Source of the DNA: Octopus vulgaris
Taxonomy: Eukaryota
Direction: 5' to 3'
Length of the DNA stretch: 64,000 bases
NCBI GenBank assembly: GCA_951406725.2
Contig: OX597817.1
Coordinates: forward strand, 34,348,001 to 34,412,000
Below, piece by piece: positions 62,614 through 64,000 of the stretch (the stretch's first letter is position 1; each line of letters opens with the position of its first letter). Below the pieces are notes generated by a model. The model had not been told where the DNA came from and made no database searches. It saw nothing but the letters and a program-made list of their open reading frames with translations. A program made the position numbers and the translations under genes.

Positions 62614-62949
62614 ATCATATGATTCTTAGGTGGGACAGAGAGCCAGTGATAACAAAAACATCTTTGTCCCTATGAATGTCTCAAATATCTCAGGTTGAAA
62701 AATTCTAACCATTGACCTGAAACAGACAAAGCTTTGTAAGTGAAATTGGGACATCATATGGAGGCTCATTTAGATGGATTGTTCCTATTCTTGGAGTGAT
62801 AGACTCAATTTGTTGTCCAATTTCATGTCACCACTTGGTCATCGGTTGTCTAAAGTGCAGCTTATTGTGTTTCTAGTACTTGAGTTAATTATAAGGATAA
62901 TTTCCAACTACCAGTCTTGGGGGAAAAGTAATGAGTGGTCCTCTTCCTT

Positions 62950-63160
62950 GGTGCTGGTGCCACATAAAAATCACTGGTGATGGTGCAATGTAAAAAATAT
63001 CCAATACATTCTGTAAAGTGGTTGGCATTAGAAAAGACATCCAGCTGTTGAATCTAAACTAAAACATACTATGGGACCTGGTGTGGCTCCTGGTCTTGCC
63101 AGTTCCTTTCAAGCTGTCCAACCCATGCCAATATGGAAAATGGATGTTAAATGATGATGG
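62950..63160 (+). mobile_element. SINE family D (old)
   Basis: gtggttggcattag..ccatgccaatatggaaaatggatgttaaatgatgatg. Confidence 0.7.
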
Positions 63161-63697
63161 TGAAAGGATGAAAGGCAAAGTCAATGAATACCTTCAAGGT
63201 ATGGCAGTCAGAATATAAATGGTAGAGTATTGCCAAAGGTGTGTGTAGAGAGAGAAGAGGGTTGTTATAATTAGGATGATTATTAGAATTTTTGGTGATC
63301 ATTTTCCTTCTACTTTTATCAAAATTTAGAGCATATGGAGGCCTTACTTACAGTGAGAAATGCAGCCTAACCTCTCACTCTGTTATGGTGTTTGAATTTG
63401 GATACATTTTCATGAAGTGTTTCAGTTGGCAGATAACTTTGTGTAGTTGTTTCTCTCCTCTCCATGTTTAGTTTACAATTGGCTTCTCAGTGAGGAGTTC
63501 TTGCAGTCATTGACAAGTTATGTAGGTATTTTGCTGATGAGGGAAACTGATATAATTTTTTTTCTCTATAGTTTGTTCGTTTTATCAACTCTGAATCAAT
63601 CAGAGTTTATATAATATTTCCAGCATAAAAGAGGCTATGTACTTCTGGCTTTCATATTTGAAGAGTCATCAATATTGCCAACTGCGCTTGTCAATGA

Positions 63698-64000
63698 AGG
63701 CGGCAAGCTGGCAGAAACGTTAGCATGCCGGGCAAAATGCTTAGCAGTATTTCGTCTGCCGTTACGTTCTGAGTTCAAATTCCGCTGAGGTCGACTTTGC
63801 CTTTCATCCTTTCAGGTCGATTAAATAAGTAACAGTTACGCACTGGGGTTGATTAAATAAGTACCAGTTACACATTGGGGTATATTAAATAAGTACCAGT
63901 TATGCACTGGAGTCGATATAATCGACTTATTCTGTTTGTCTGTCCTTGGTTGTCTCCCTCTGTGTGTAGCCCCTTGTGGGCAGTAAAGAAATAAGAAATA
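63698..64000 (+). mobile_element. SINE family B with internal triplication of a ~32-bp unit
   Basis: ttaaataagta.cagtta..ca.tgg occurs three times. Confidence 0.85.

Overview
AT-rich, repeat-dominated animal genomic DNA. The tRNA-derived SINE families and dense (TA)n/(CA)n/(ATC)n microsatellites look like an Octopus/coleoid cephalopod genome; this is recognised from the repeats, not proven. One host gene is well supported. It is a + strand spliced gene with exon 27395-27600 joined in phase 1 across an 8.9-kb intron to the terminal coding exon 36457-37583. It encodes about 424 aa: an N-terminal MGADESK myristoylation-type motif, a beta-propeller-like body with a Cys/His cluster, and a C-terminal SOCS box, so it is a candidate membrane-targeted Elongin BC/Cullin5 substrate receptor. 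The rest is mostly mobile-element debris: at least four SINE families, decayed RTE, CR1/Jockey-group, R4/Dong-type and Gypsy fragments, a decayed mariner, non-autonomous Helitrons, and several MITEs. The most notable unannotated structures are: a set of type I hammerhead-ribozyme motifs of at least four sequence families, including a palindromic element with two head-to-head hammerheads inside the gene's intron; a SINE family with one head and five unrelated 3' tails; a U6 snRNA 3' fragment next to a SINE; a 98-bp spacerless palindrome; and a repeat containing a textbook spliceosomal intron. Most short ORFs in the track are translations of SINEs or microsatellites and are not genes. Repeat boundaries without a stated TSD or TIR are approximate.
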